Part shown: piece by piece, positions 14,151 to 28,640 of the stretch | Layout: every line of letters begins with the position of its first letter | Position numbering within the stretch: the stretch's first letter is position 1 | NCBI RefSeq assembly: GCF_009914755.1 | Contig: NC_060931.1 | Reading direction: 5' to 3' (one strand) | Source: the human T2T-CHM13v2.0 reference genome, Homo sapiens | Length of the DNA: 64,000 bases | Notes under the pieces: model-generated | What the model was told of the DNA's origin: nothing | Seen by the model: the letters and a program-made list of their open reading frames with translations, nothing else | Databases searched by the model: none | Translations under genes and position numbers: made by a program

Positions 14151-15104
14151 CTTGGAAATGGCAGTTCCCATAGGGAGTCCTGCACGAGCCATGAAGGCGA
14201 GAAGCCAAGGCTTTGCATGCTATGCTTTGGGTGTGATAACCCTGGTGGGCCTGGCCTGTATTGCTCCCTGAGTGATGAGATTCTTGCTGATGTAATGGGC
14301 TGGGTCGATGTCGTGCAGATCTGATGACAGTACATCCACACCCTGTCGCTTTCCCTGCCAAGATGAACTGTAGCCGTCAGAGCCTCCATTCTGCTCCCCA
14401 CACCCATCCAGTGACCATCCACTAACGCCCCAGTGAAAGTGGGCTTTATTTGAGCCTTCCAGAGAAATTCAACCTGAGTGGTTTGTGGTGGTCACGCTCC
14501 TGTGTGTGTGTGCGGGGGAGTCTGTCTTCAGAGCTTCCATTCAGCCATCTTTGCACACCCCATCTGTCTCAGCCTTTGTCCAGTGATCCAGTTTTTCTGT
14601 TTAATCAGTCAGAACTTGAGTTTTCAGGTTGGCTGTCTTTTCTTCTGGGTTGGAAGAGTGGGAAAGCACTGAAAATAAGGATCAGGCAAAGGAACCCTTT
14701 TCCTTTTGCAAAGACCTCCTAGAAAAGTGAGGCTCGTTGTCAGATTAGAGTCATGTAGTACTGGTGTTTCTTGGTTAGGTCATGGAAAGGGCCCTTCAAA
14801 GGGTCCATGGAGTGATTTTAGGTTTGGAATCTTGCCATTATGAGTTAGCTCATGGGTTACATCCCCTCTTCTGCACTCCAGCCTCTCCCTCTACTTCCCT
14901 CCTTTTTGCTTCAGCCAGAGGCAGATGGCAGACATGGATACACATTTATGGATTGGCTGATGTGTCTGCTGGAAACGTGAATAGGCTGTGTAAAGGTGGG
15001 AAGGCAGGGTGACGTAAGGGGGTGCAGAGATTCCCACTTGGGTTTATGCTGGCCTCGTCTTTGACTGGCTCTGTCATGTTGCCCTTGTGGGGTCCTGTTT
15101 TCAT

Positions 15105-15830
15105 TAATTAATGTTTACTGAGTGTTTTGTATGTTTCTGGCGCTGAACACATGCTTCATATATATTATCTTGTTTAATCCTTACCACAGTCTTACAAAGT
15201 AGGCATCATTATCCCCATTTTATAGATGAGGAAAACAAGGCTCAGAGAAGTAAATGAATGACATAAAGAGGACTTTGAGGCGAATGATTTTCCTACAGCT
15301 GCAGGTCCTGTCCTGCGATTGCATCTTCTGTTACTCATACCAACTTCACTACCTGCTGATTACAACTGTTCCACTACTGTAATGAGATGTATGAAGACAT
15401 TCGATGGCTCTTTAAAATCATTTCTCCTGCCAACTTCCCAGAATTGCTTTGAGGAAGAAGAATTTTGAAAAGGATTACATATTTTACAAGTGTCAGGGAG
15501 TCATATTAATGTCATTATGTTTATAAAAGGAAATAAAAGGTTGCAGGGGGAGCAGAGATAGAAATGAAAAAAGGCAAAAGGGAGAGGATAAAAAGGAAGA
15601 TACTTACCTATAAATATAGACATACCATATCTAATTGCTTTACACATGTCATTTTATTTAAACTTCAAAATAACCCAATGATATACATGCTAGTGCTGTT
15701 ATTTCCCCTAATTTACAGATGAGGAAACTGAGGCACAAAGAGACGAAGCATAGACCCCTGATTATATACCTGGTAACTGGCAGAACTAGAATTGAAGCCC
15801 AGCAGTCTGACTCCAGAGCCTGAAGTTTTA
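15105..15830 (-). mobile_element. Two MIR fragments (about 15105-15260 and 15600-15830)
   Basis: Two antisense MIR cores: attatccccattttatagatgaggaaaacaaggctcagaga and tttacagatgaggaaactgaggcac. Confidence 0.75.
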
Positions 15831-16224
15831 ACTCCGGTGTTAGTATGTTTTGCCTTCCAATGGCTTTCAGGAGGGTAAGGGCAAAAGGGCATGGAAAGTC
15901 ACCTAATTAGTTCTTCAGGTGGGGTATCCATCATGAAGATGGTGATAGCTAAGATGACTTCTAAAGAACATAGGAATTGGCAATAAGTAAGACAGATGGG
16001 TTAAGAAAAACATCATTAGTAGGGTTACTGTGAGGATTAAAGGAAGGCTGTTTTGCACGGTAAATGCTTCGTAAACGTCAGCTATTCATTAGTGAGGTGT
16101 CGGGGAGTTGTCGGGGGAAGAGAGAGGAGAAAGAAGGAAGTGAGAGGGGAGAAAAGTAGTTGGAAAAGGAGAAGAAAGCCTGGAAGGGCTGGAAGAAAGT
16201 GTATAAAAGAGATGTGGATCTTAT

Positions 16225-16553
16225 GGGGGGGCATAGTGGCTTGTGCCTATAGTCCTAGCTACTCAGAAGGCAGGAGGATTGCTTGTGCCCAGGAGTTTGA
16301 AACCAGCCTGGGCAACACAGTGAGACTCGCATCCCCTCTACCAACAACACAAACAAAAAAAAACAAAATGAAATCCCCACAAAAACTTATCAGGTTTGGT
16401 GGTGCCCACCTGTGGTCCCAGCTACTTGGGAGGCTGAGGCAGTACCGTTTGGGTCCAGGGGTTCAAGGCTACAGTGACCTGTGAGCTGTGATGGCGCCAC
16501 TGCATTCCAGCCTGGGCAACAGAGTGAGACTCTGCCTCTGAAAAAAAAAAAAA
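16225..16553 (+). mobile_element. Degenerate AluJ
   Basis: Two Alu arms, an A-rich linker and an A tail are recognisable. Confidence 0.85.
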
Positions 16554-17203
16554 GATATAGTCCCCAGAGAAGGTGTATAAAGGAAAGACAGAGACAAGAA
16601 TGAAGACCTAGGATTTAGTGGGAGAATTTACATATTTGTTCAACAAATGTTTATGGAGTGCCTATTATATTAGACAGCCATCAGCAAGACGAGATGTGTT
16701 TCCTGAAGTTTTTGATGGGTATCTTTTTTAGCATTTATGTTGGTTAAATGTTCAGACTCTGAGTTTAGAGTAGAAAATAGGTGGTATTTATTTTCCTGCA
16801 TAAAAGCCTGTTGGTAGTCATAATTTTCTATTAATTCATCATGAGTGGAGTCTATATATTAGGGTGTGTTTTTTGAGTAATGAAATATGTATATCTGATG
16901 TGAGCTAATGGCTGATTTACATGAAGCCATACCTCTAGGATTTTCTGTGACAACTCCAATTTCATGTCATTGTAACACTTTCCCAACAGATGATTAGTAA
17001 AACGATTTCGTGAATGTGATTGAGTATGTAGACTTTTTCATTTAAATAAATTAAAAGCAGAAAATTCTCATGTCACAATGTGTCCTGATTTTGTTTCAGA
17101 AGATATGTAAATCCATTGTCATTTTTCAAACAGGAAAATGGGAGTACAATGTAGAGAGCCCACTTGTAGTTTTATATATATATATGAATATAAATATATA
17201 TGT

Positions 17204-19801
17204 CAGCTTTATTGAGATATAATTCACGTATCATAAAATATGCTCTTTTAAAGTATACAATTTGGTGCATTTTAGTACTATGTGATCACAGAATTGTGTA
17301 ATTATCACCATTGTCTCATTTTAGAACATTTTCGTCACCCCCAAAAAGAAACCTTGTATCAATTAGCAGTCACTCCCCATTATTTTCCCCTCATAGCCCC
17401 CGGTAACCATTAATCTACTTTCTGTCTGTTTGGGTTTGCCTATTCTGGTCATTTTATATAAATGGAATCACACAACACGTGACATTTTGTGTTTGTGTTC
17501 TTTCACTTAGCATAACTTTTTCAAGGTTCACCCGTGTTGTAGCATGTATCAGTACTTCATTCCTTTTTATAGCCAAATAACATTTAATGTATGGTTATAT
17601 CATATTTTGTTTATCCATTCATTAGTTGGGCATTTGGGTTGTTTCTACTTTTTGGCTATTACAAATAATGCTGCCATGAACATCGATGTATGAGTTTACA
17701 AGTTTTTATATGAACATAGGTTTTCATTTCTTTTGGGTATACACCCAGGAGTGGAATGGCTGGGTCATTTGGTAACTCTTTGTTTAACATTTTGAAGAAC
17801 TACAAAACTGTTTTCTCAAGTGGCTGCCCCGTTTTACAAACCCACCAGCAATATATGAGGACTCTAATTTATCTGAATCATCACCAACACTTTCCGGGGT
17901 CATTTTGATTTTGACCATTCTAGTGGGTATGAAGTGGTATCTCACTGTCATTTGCCTTTCCCTAGTGACTACTGATGTTGACGATATTTTTATGTAGTTA
18001 TTTACCATTTGTATATTTTCTGTATAGAAGTATCTATTCAAATCATTTGCTCCATTTTTAATTAGGTTATTTGCTTTTTTATTGTTTAGTTGCAAGAATA
18101 TTTTTTAGTACATATTCTGGATACTAGACCCTACCAGATATATGATTTGCAAATATTTTATCTCATTCTGTGGGTTTTCTTTTCACTTTCTTCATGGTGT
18201 CCTTTGAAGCACACAAAAAATTAATTTTGATGAAGTCCAATTGACCTATTTTTTCTTTTGTTGCTGGTACTTTTAGTTTCTTATCTAAGGATTTTTTGTT
18301 TTTTATTTTTTGCCAAATCCAAGATAAAGATTTATGTCTATGATTTCTTCTAAGAGTTTTCAGTTTTACCTCTTATATTTTGTTCTATGGTTGATTTTAA
18401 GGTAATTTTTGTATATATTTTGAATTAGGGATCCACCTTTATTCTTTTACTTATGGGTACCCAGTTGTCTCGGCATCATTTATTGAAAAGATTGTTTTTT
18501 TCTTTCATTGCATGATCTTGGCATCCTTCTTGAAAATCTATTGATGATAAATGTAAGGGTTACTTATGGACTCTCAGTTCTATCTTATTGGTCTGTATGT
18601 CTATCCTTATGCCAGTACCGCACTGTCTTGATTACTGTTGCTCTGTAATGAATTTTGAAATCAGAATGTGTGAATCTTCCAACTTTGTTCCTTTTCAAGA
18701 TTGTTTTAGCTATTATAGTCCCATTGAATTTTCATATCGATTTTAGGATCAGTTTGCCAATTTCTGCAAAGAAGAAAGCCGGGATTTTGTTTAAGATTGT
18801 GCTGAATGTGTAGATCAACTGTGGAATATTGCCATCTAACGATACTAATTCTTCCAATTCATGAATGTTTTTCCATAGATTTAGGTACACTTTAGCTTTT
18901 TAATGATGTTTTGTGGCTTTCAGTGTACCAGTCATGTGCTTTTTTGTTAAATTTAGTCCCAACAATTTTATATTTTGATGCTTACTGTAAATAAAATTGT
19001 TTTCTTAATTTCATTTTCTGATTGCTCATTGCTGGTGTATAGAAACACAATTGAGTTTTGTATATTACCTTGTATCCTACAAGGCTGCTGAACACATTTG
19101 TTGGTCTCAATAGTTTCTTTTTTTAGTTGGATAATTCCTTAGTTTCTTCCATATACAAGAATATGTTGTCTGTGAATAGAGATAGTTTTAATGGGTCCTT
19201 TCCAATCTGGATACCTTTTATTTCATTTTCTTGCTTAATTGCCATGGCTAAAACCTTCAGTGAAATAGAAGTAGTGAGAGCTAATATCTTTCTCTTATTC
19301 CTGAACCTAAGTGTAAAACATTCAGTGTTACACAAATGTGATATTAATGATAGGATTTTTGTTGTGTGTAGTTTTTCTTTTTGTAGGCAGCTTTGATGCA
19401 GTTTTTATGCTTTATTCTATTGAGTCTGATTATTATATTGATTGGTTTTCAGATACTAAGCCAACATTGTATTTCTGGGATGAATCCCACATGGTCATGG
19501 TATATAATCCTTTTTATATGTTGCTGGATTTGGGTTGCAAATCCCAACATTTATTTTGTTGGAGATTCTTGTATCTATATTCATAAGAAATATTGCTGTG
19601 TATTTTCTTTTCTTGTGATATCCTTGTCTTGTTGATTGCCTTGATATCAGGCAATCATGGCTTCATAAAATAAGTTGGAAATTGTCTCTCCTTTTTATTT
19701 TTTGGAAAAATTTTCGAACTATTGGTGTTGATTCTTCTGTAAATATTTGGTAGAATTTAGCAGTGAAGCCATCTGGGCCTGATCTCTCCTTTGTGGAAAG
19801 T

Positions 19802-19855
<54 letters not shown>

Positions 19856-19990
19856 ATGCAATCTCTTTGCTTGTTGCATGTTTATTCAGATTTTCTATTT
19901 TTTCTTGAGTCATTTTTGGTAGTTTGTATCTTTCTAGGAATTTGTCCTTTTCATCAGGATTATCTGACTTGTTCACAATACAGTTGTTCC
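17204..19990 (-). mobile_element. Old L1 (L1MB/L1MC-like): 3' UTR plus decayed ORF2, with internal deletions
   Basis: The 3' end reads cagctttattgagatataattcac. Minus-strand ORF remnants resemble L1 ORF2 (QENEIKGIQIGK..LSLFTD; EKDKFLERYKLPKMTQEKIENLN). Confidence 0.9.
19805..19850. repeat. (GT)n microsatellite inside the L1
   Basis: About 23 GT units, read directly. Confidence 0.95.
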
Positions 19991-20859
19991 TGCTGCATCT
20001 ACTTTTGTTTCAAGTTATTTTTTAAAAAAAAAAAAAGACTGCTAAACTTTTTGAAAATACTACCATGAGGGCTCCTGAATGACGCAGTTATGCAGTTCTG
20101 GGTTCTTTGCAGTTCATGCCTTATGATAATAGCTGTTATAAAGTGTTTACCGTATACTGGATATTATGCAAAATACTTAACATACGTAGCTGTTAGTGTC
20201 ACAACAACCCTTTGAGATAAGTTCTATGTTATTCTGGAAAGAGAGGCACATATGATTATGTAATTGGTATGTTATGGGACTGGTAATTGCACTCAGATAA
20301 CCTGGACACTTAGAGTAGAAACTATTAGTAGGGGTACTCCCATTCTCTCCAAGGCTTAGCTTAGGAGAAAAGAAAATTTGAGGGTGCCTCTTTATATAGA
20401 ACATCAGAAGTCCAGAGGATAGGATGCTAATGGGAGGGATATCAGGACTCCTGCAGCTTCAGGTGAGCTCTAGGGACCATGAGACTCTAGTAGGTACTGT
20501 AGAGGTAGAGAGTGAGGAAGACATTTTGAATTCCCACTAATTATTCCCTCGAGGTTGCCTCAAACTTAAGTCTAGGCTTGTGCTAGGAGCTTGGACTGGG
20601 AGTGCAGTGCAGAGCAATTTGCTGCCAGGCCGTGGAAAGGTGTTTGACAAAGTTTCTCCAGTCTCCAGGGCAAGGGGACAGCCTGAGACCTATTCTTTGG
20701 AAATAACCCATAGGATCCAGAGCCTTCTAGAGCAATATTCTTGTATTTATATCATAAATGTATTTCCAGGATTCACAGGTGTTTAGATTAATTCCACGCA
20801 GTGCAGAGACCATCCCACAGTACTAGAAAATGGGTTGTTCCACCCTGTTCTAAGAATAG

Positions 20860-21060
20860 CATAGGATTTGGAGGTAGAGGGCCTGAATTCAAGTCCTAGC
20901 TCTGCTTTTACTGATAGTGTGACCTCAGTCATTTTACTTTCCCTCTCTAAGTCTCAGATTCGTCATTGGCCAAATAAGGGAAAAAAGTACAACCATCACA
21001 TAGATCATTCTAAGAACAAAATTAAATTAGTGTTTGGAAAATGGCTTTGTAAAGTGTTAA
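20860..21060 (+). mobile_element. MIR
   Basis: gcctgaattcaagtcctagctctgc...gtgtgacctcagtc...ctctctaagtctcag matches MIR. Confidence 0.65.
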
Positions 21061-22189
21061 AACTCTACAAAGGTTAACTAATGGCTATTTTTTTTTCCCA
21101 TATGGAAAAAGCCACTGAATGAATAATCTTTCGCATGAGTGTCCATTTATGTCAGCCTGCTAACGTCATACAGTGTGGCTTTGAAGTGTAGAAGGTGTGA
21201 CTGTCAGGTTTTAAAAGGGAAGCAGAGAGACTATTTCTCTTGCCTCTCTGCAATGTAGCAAGCACAGCTGCAAAAGTAGTGATTTCACAGGATCTGTAGC
21301 ACCTCACTGGGGCAGAAACAGTCAAAATAAGGACAACTGAGAAGCCAGACTCAGGTAAATTGAAGAAATGAAATAAAAACAGACCTGAAGGGCATAATAA
21401 CACCTTCATTTAGAAAAAGTGTTATGTTATAAGTAAGTACTTATGTTTCTCTTGCGGTCTTTCTAGTAAATTCCATCCAGTTTTTACCCAATCGCTTTTA
21501 TCCTAAACATATGACTGGAGTTAAAAAAAAAAAAAAAAAAAAAAAGCTCCAAAATGTTTAGCTTAGTTGGTACTTCATAAAAATCGGGAATGATAATGTT
21601 CTCCAAGATAATGTCCTATCTCTCATCTGCTGCAAGGGAATTTTCACTGCTGCAAGGGAAAGCTTCAATCAGTCTTGAAAGAAAAGTGTTGGGGGTGGTG
21701 GAAAGCCTGTAGGCGTTGCAGTTGGCAGATGTGTGTTTGGTTCCTGGCTCTCTCCTGCTATTGTTTACCTCAAATTTTCTCCTCTGTAAATTGGGGATAA
21801 TAAAATACTTTTTCAGTAGGGTTGTGGTGAGGACTAAGTCAACAGCAATAAATCTGAGTTGCCTTCTCTTCCTTCTTTCTGACTAAGCTTTTCGTGTCAC
21901 AAGACCAATATTACCAATCAGGAAGCATTTCCAAACAAGTACTCCTGCCTCATCCCAAATATGCCCTGAATGGTCTGACTTTTCTCGGTTCAAGTGAGTC
22001 CAGATTCTGAGAGATACCGGAAGGGCGCTTAGACGACATCTCTCCGGTGTGTTGACTCCTCTGTGGAGCCTGAGTCTCTCTGAGCCCCAAGGTCAAGGCT
22101 TTGCAAATCGGGGCTATGATCCGGAAAATGTAGTGCTCATATGGTTCTGGGCGTCAGAACATGATTACATATTCCTCAGTCATAGACCA

Positions 22190-22560
22190 CTGTGAGTTAA
22201 GGTCCCCACAGAAACAGATGGCACACTTGAAGGGGTAATCAAAGAAAGTGCAATGTGCACAGGCTAACTGGGGACTAGCCACAGCCACAGCAGGGGGCTT
22301 TTCCAACCTCTGAGCCTGGAGGGACAGGGGGCCAAGGGAAGACCCCATAGGGGAGGGCCGTAGCTGTGGGAGAGGGGCTGCCTGTCAAGTGTAGAGACAC
22401 ACAGTCACTACTACCCAGTGCCCAGCAGGCAGTGTAGGGCCTTCCACCCTTTAGCCCTCCAACTGAGGGAATCTGGTGGTGGGGAGGGGCAATTGGTAGA
22501 GGGCAGCCTCCTAGGGCAGAGGGAAGAGAGGAGAAGAGAATGGATCTGGAAGGGCAGAGG
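22190..22560. mobile_element. Old LTR-like remnant
   Basis: aggtccccacagaaacagatggcacacttgaaggggtaat has the same motif style as 7780-8212. Confidence 0.45.
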
Positions 22561-24384
22561 AAGAATTGCCTGCAGAAAGACTTGCCATTCTCTCAGTGAG
22601 GGAGGGTCATTAGGACTGGCCATGCCATTATGCAGAATTACCCCCGCTTCCTGGAACTATAGGACAAGGGCATTACACACAAACACATCCCATTATTCCG
22701 TTCCTGCTTTTTTCTATCGTTTTGCATGCAGAGAAAGAAAAAGATGTAATACTTCACAGGTTTCATTCCAATAAGTCCTGTCTACTGTTTGCTGTGCATT
22801 CTAGGGTACAACTCTGGCAATACATATTGCAGACCTAACACCTGCTCACAAGACCCTGCTGAGGATTTTTGAAAATGGGTTGCTGCTCCTGGTGATGTTT
22901 GCAGTTCTTTATTTTAATTCTGCAAGCAGAAAGAGAAGTTGCTGTTGTGTGGCGATAGGAGGTGTGTCAGAATTTCCCGCATTGTTATGAAGCTACCATG
23001 CAAATGTAAATGTTCCCTAGGATGGATAACAGAAAAGCCATCATCTACCTCATGTCTATATCAAGTGGGCCAGGACAGCATCCCTGGAAAGAGGTGGAGC
23101 TAATGGGAGAGTATCCCAAGACAAGCTGCAGAAGGAACTTCTTCAGGATGGCCCCTAGGATGGGAATGGGCGTGATAACTCTAGTTACAGGGAGATGGGT
23201 TACAGTTCTCTATGAGGAGGAATCAACAATAAGAGAAAATGACGATAGTCAAATGGCCTTAGGAGGTCATTAAAGCTACTGTGAGGAGCAGCTTAAGACA
23301 ATGGTCAGAACTTCAGAAGTCGTGGCCAAGAGCAGATCCAGAACACAGTGCGTGGGTACAGTGTGAGTTGGTGCCCAGCCTCCTGAACGGAAGTCATTAG
23401 TTGCTGAGTGGTAAGGAGAACTTACCACTGGAATAGGAATGAGCCTGTGAACGGCTGTGGCAGACAAGCCGTGGGTAGGACATAGGGGGCTCATTTCTGG
23501 GATGGAGTTTACATGTCACAGGCTGCTTCCAAGGGCCAGCACCAGGTCCTGTCTGCCAATAGTGCCAAGCACGTTAAAGATAATGCCCAGTCTCTCACAG
23601 GGAAAGTTCACGGTCACTGCAGTCTGCTGGCTGCACCTGGATGGCAAGTTCTTTGGGATGTTGTCACATAGACTAAAGCATCAGATGTGTGGTTGAGTAA
23701 GATAACCTTGACTGTCCAAGTCCATGAGGACGAGGGCAAGCTTCGATGATTGGATCTGGGACCAGAGACATGGAACGTGGCATCTTACCTGCTGTCTGAG
23801 ACAGAGACAGATCTGCTCGACCAAGGATCATGGGCAATGGGTTGAGCAGGCACCAGAGTGGGGGAAGGAGGTGCTAAGAATAATAGCATTTCTAGTTCTC
23901 CTTTGTTAAATCCTGACTCCTACAGGTCAGTTGAACTCCCTCTTCTGCACTCTCATCGTCTCCCTTGAGACTGGATCTCACTTTCACGGAGATGTGTAGT
24001 TATCAGCTTGTGTCTGCCTGCCTTGAAGGCCACATATCAAGAGCTAACATTTATTGAGAGTCAACCGCGTGCTAAATGCTTTATAGCTAGCTTCTCCTTC
24101 CATCTTCACGACAGACCTATGAGGTAGTTGTCATTATTCTTCTTCCTATTTTGCAGACTAGAGAATTGAAATTCAGAGAAATTCAGTAGCATGTCCAAGA
24201 TCATGTAGGTCTTAATGTAAAGAGCAGACAGATGGGATGGAGCTCAAATTCAAAATCCCACGCTCTCGACTACTATGTGATCTCCTAGAGACTACATCTT
24301 TTCTTCATTTAGGACTCCTCAACACCTAGCGTAGTTCCAGGCAAGATAGGCAGCTGACAACAATTATATCTGATAAATAAGTAG

Positions 24385-24560
24385 GGCCAGGCCTGCTGGC
24401 ATGTGCCTGTAGTCCCAACTACTCAGGAGGCTGAGGTGGGAGGATCACTTGAGCCAAGGGGTTCGAGGCTGCAATGAGCCGTGATTGCACCACTGAACTC
24501 CAGCCTGGGCAACCGGCAAGACCCTGTCTCTAAAAAATAAATAAATAAAAATTAAAAATA
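24385..24560 (+). mobile_element. Alu monomer (FRAM/right arm)
   Basis: A single arm ggccaggcctgctggcatgtgcctgtagtccc...accctgtctct followed by an A-rich tail. Confidence 0.85.
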
Positions 24561-24989
24561 TAAGAAAGTGGACCACCTGTGTACCTGCCATGCTGTGTGA
24601 TTGCATAATCTAACAAATACGCCTATGGATTTACTGAATCCTGTTGTGCCCTGGGGAACAACATAGAGACAGAGTGATGGCAAAGGAAGTGCTCATTGGA
24701 GAAATTAGCTGGGGCAATTAAGAGTTTGCTGGGTAGTCCTGAAATTATAGCTTGTGTTTAAATATATGGAAACAAATTTTAAAAATTAGGACCTTGATTT
24801 TATTTTTGCCACATAAACATAAGTTCATACATGAATAAAAATTAATGTCTCTGCCAATGAATGATACTAAAATGCCACACTATTCTTGCTTGTTATTTTT
24901 GTCACCAGAAAATAAGCCATATTTACATGATTATAGAACCATATGCTTTTCTGAAGTTTTAGATTCAGATTTCATAATGTAATAAGAGC

Positions 24990-25200
24990 TGGCAGTTACA
25001 TAGCACTTACCATGTGCCAGACACTGTTCTCAATTGTTTACAGATGTTAACTCTTTTAATCCTCACATACTAATAATCCTTAGGAGGTAAGCACCATTAT
25101 TATAAGATGCAAGGAAATGGAGGCACAGAGAGGTTAAGTGATTTATCCAAAGTCACACAGCTAATTATTGAAAGAACCAAGATTTGAACCCATGTACTCT
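24990..25200 (-). mobile_element. MIR, interrupted by the L1MA insertion
   Basis: ggaaatggaggcacagagaggttaagtgatttatccaaagtcacacagc...gatttgaaccc is an antisense MIR core. Confidence 0.8.
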
Positions 25201-26820
25201 TTTTTTCCAATGTGATCATGTTTATTTATTTATTAAATTTAAAATTTTTGTGAGTACATAGTAAGTATATATACTTATGGGGTACATGAGATATTTTGAT
25301 ACAGGCATGCAATGTGTAATAATCATCACATCATTGAAGATGGGGTATCCATTCCCTCAGCATTTATCTTTTGTGTTACAAATAATCCAATACTCTTTTA
25401 GTAATTTTAAAATGTACAATTAAGTTATTATTGACTATAGTTACCCTGTTGTGCTACCAAATATTAGGCTTTATTCATTCATTCTAACTATTTTTTTGTA
25501 CCATTAACCATCCCCATCTCCCCCTGACTTCTCCACTACCTTTCCCAGCCTCTGGTAACCATCCTTCTACCCTCTATCTCCATGGGTTTAATTGTTTTGA
25601 TTTTTAGATCCCATGAAGAAGAGAGAACATGCGATGTTTGTCTTTCCGTGCCTGGCTTATTTTACTTAACATAGTGACCTCCATTTTCATCCATATTGTT
25701 GCAAATGACTGAATCTCATTCTTTTTTATGGCTGAATAGTACTCCATTGTGTATAAATACAATATTTTCTTTGTCCATTCATCTGTTGATGGACACTTAG
25801 CTTTCTTCCAAATCTTGGCTAATTGTGAACAGTGCTACAACAAACACAAGAATGTGGATATCTCTTCAATATATTGATTTCTTTTCTTTTGGGTACATAC
25901 CCAGCAGTAGGATTGCTGGGTCATATGGTAGCTCTATTTTTTAGCTTTTTGAGAAGCCTCCAAATGGTTGTCCACAGTGATTGTACTAATTTACATTCCC
26001 ACCAACAGTGTATGAGGGTTCCCTTTACTCCACATCCTCGCCAGCATTTGTTATTGCCTGTCTTTTGGATATAAGCCATTTTAACTGGGGCAAGATAGTA
26101 TCTCATTGTAGTTTTGATTTGCATTTCTCTGATGATAAATGACGTTGCACACCCTTTCATATGTCGGTTTGCTATTTGTATGTCTTCTTTTGAGAAATGT
26201 CTCTTCAAATTTTTTGCCCAATTTTTTTATTGGATTATTAGATTTTGTTCTAGAGTTGCTTGAGCAGCTTCTATATTCTGGTTATTAATCCCTCGTCAGA
26301 TGGGTAGTTTGCAGGTATTTTCTCCTATCCTTGGATTGTCTTTTCACTTTGCTGATTGTTTCCTTTGCTGTGCAGAAGCTTTTAAACTTGATATAATCCC
26401 ATTGGTCCATTTTTGCTTTGGTTGCCTGTGCATGTGGGTATTACTCAAATCTTTGTCCAGACCAATGTCCTGGAGAGTTTTTCCAATGTTTTCTTGTAGT
26501 ACTTTCATAGTTTGAGGTCTTAGATTTAAATCTTTAATCCATTTTGATTTGATTTTTACATATGATGAGAGATGGGGGTCTAGTTTCATTCTTCTGTGTA
26601 TGGATTTCCAACGTTCCCAGCACCCTTTATTGAAGACACTGTTTTTCCTCCAGTGTATCTTCTTGGCCCCTTTATTGAAAATGAGTTCACTGTACATGTG
26701 TGGATTCATTTCTGGGTTCTCTCTTCTGTTCCATTGGTCTCTGTGTCTGCTTTTATGCCAAAACCATGCTCTTTCGGTTACTATAGCTCAGTATAATTTG
26801 GCTATTTGGGGTCTTTTGTG
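25201..26820 (-). mobile_element. 5'-truncated L1MA
   Basis: L1MA-type 3' UTR plus ORF2 C-terminal remnants ([20 protein letters not shown]; KLDPHLSSY..KWIKDLN). 16-bp TSD tgaaccca(tg/ta)tactct at 25185-25200 and 26821-26836. Confidence 0.93.
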
Positions 26821-28382
26821 TGAACCCATATACTCTAAAACACTACACAGTACTACAGAGCTGGGGCTTACTGGGCATTCACTACATGCTGCATTTAATC
26901 TTTATCACAACGCTGTGTGAAAAAGAATTGTTTTGTCCATTTTATAAATAATAAAATTAAAACTAAAAGAACCTTAGACGTTTGTCCAAGGTAAAACAAA
27001 TGATCATCTGCAGAGTGAGGCAGGCCCTGCAGACTCTCCTGGTATCCTTGCTATCATCACACACTTCCAGATATACTTGTTTTATCTTAATTTATCTTGA
27101 ACAGAGACAATCAATGTTCATAATAGAAAAAATATAAAATATAGATACAAAAAATGCATTATCTCATTGTCCCACTGTAGCCACTATTAATCTGTTAATG
27201 TTTGGCATTTCTTACATATAAAATCACAATAAGATAAAACACAATTTGTCAATTATTAAAGTTTTTGACCAACCTTCAATGGATAAACCAATCCTTTACA
27301 TTTAAAATAATTACTCAGTTCTGTAAAGCAAACCAAAACCAAAACAAATCTAACCTATGGAGAGAGAAAAATTTTATTTGACATGCTTTCCATCCCAACA
27401 AAAACAGTCTCTAGCCACTAAACCCAAAATACGTCATCTTATAGTCAAAGCAAAAAAAAAAAAAACACATAGTAATGAGATTGTCTTAGGTTTGGTTATA
27501 TGGGATTGAAAAGGCTTCCACATCTTGTTTTCAAGGTGAATAAGTGTCTTCTGATAGGAGAAAAGTAGTTTTATTATTATAATTATAGCTAATGTATATT
27601 GTATATTTACTATATACTAGAAATTATTCTCTGCACTATATGTATATGTGTATTTGTGTATATGCTCATTTAATCCTCAAAAAAATCTATGACATAGGTA
27701 TTATCTCTATTTATAGATGAGGAAATATGCGTGGATAAGTTAAGTTACCACTCCAAGGTTACACAGGTGTGATTTGACCTCAAGCTGCAACTACAGTGCT
27801 GGCCGGTGGTGGCTATGTCACAGGGGCTGTGTTCTTTCTACCCCTCACCGCTAGGACAACATTCTTACTTTGCGGGGAAGTCTAAATATTTATTTACACA
27901 TGGGATAGGCTGTGTGTTTTATTGTATGAGAAGGTGAGCATCTGTTCTGTATCAGTCTCTATCTTGGTCCTGAGATGCCTTTAACCCTCCCAGGATCCCC
28001 AGAGTGAATTACTAGGACCCTCACGTTTCACTTGGGGATGGAGGAACAGGTACTTCGACGATCCAAGGTCTCTCTCTGCAGCCTGGAATTCCTCAGTGCT
28101 TCTCTGTGCTCTGAGAATCAATCTTAGCCCTGGTTGATTTGAGGCTTGCCTGCTTTTTTCTCTTACCTGGGGCCTCTCTCTTTCTTGTGGACCATGCTGC
28201 AGCCTTGCCAGCCTTCTTTCAGTCCCTCAGACATGCCAAGCTCTTTGCTTTTGCTCTCCTTTCTGCCTGGACCACCCTCCCCTGCTTAGTCTTCAAACAG
28301 CTCATATGCATTTGTCAGGCCTCAAACTAAATGTCACCTGTCCAGAGAGGTAAGCATTACCTCCTCCTTCAGAAAACTTCCC

Positions 28383-28640
28383 CAGGCTGGGTGTGGGAGG
28401 TTTGCTTAAGGCCAGGAGTTCAAGACCAGCCTGGGCAACATAGTGGGACCCCACCTCTACAAAAAATAAAAAATTAGCCAGGTGCAGTGGTGCATACCTA
28501 TGGTCCCAGCTACTTGGGCGGCTGAGGTGAGAAGATCGTTTAAGCCTAGGGGATCAAGGGTGTAGCGGGCTGCGAAGGCACCATTGCATTCCAGCCTGGG
28601 CAACAGAGCAAAATCCCATCTCTGAGAAAAAAAATAAAAA
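28383..28640 (+). mobile_element. AluJ with a left-arm deletion, inserted in L2-like sequence
   Basis: Alu arms are recognisable. The flanks at 28100-28920 resemble the L2 3' region. Confidence 0.8.

Noticed and set aside
10765-21660. Short direct duplications near 10765 (gactagctatt x2), 13786 (aaaaggcc.tttactatta x2) and 21627 (ctgctgcaagggaa x2)
   Set aside because: They are two-copy slippage duplications with no spacer periodicity, so not a CRISPR-like or functional array.
17784-26709. Minus-strand ORFs with reverse transcriptase or ORF2-like peptides
   Set aside because: They are short decayed fragments of old truncated L1 copies and cannot encode a functional protein.
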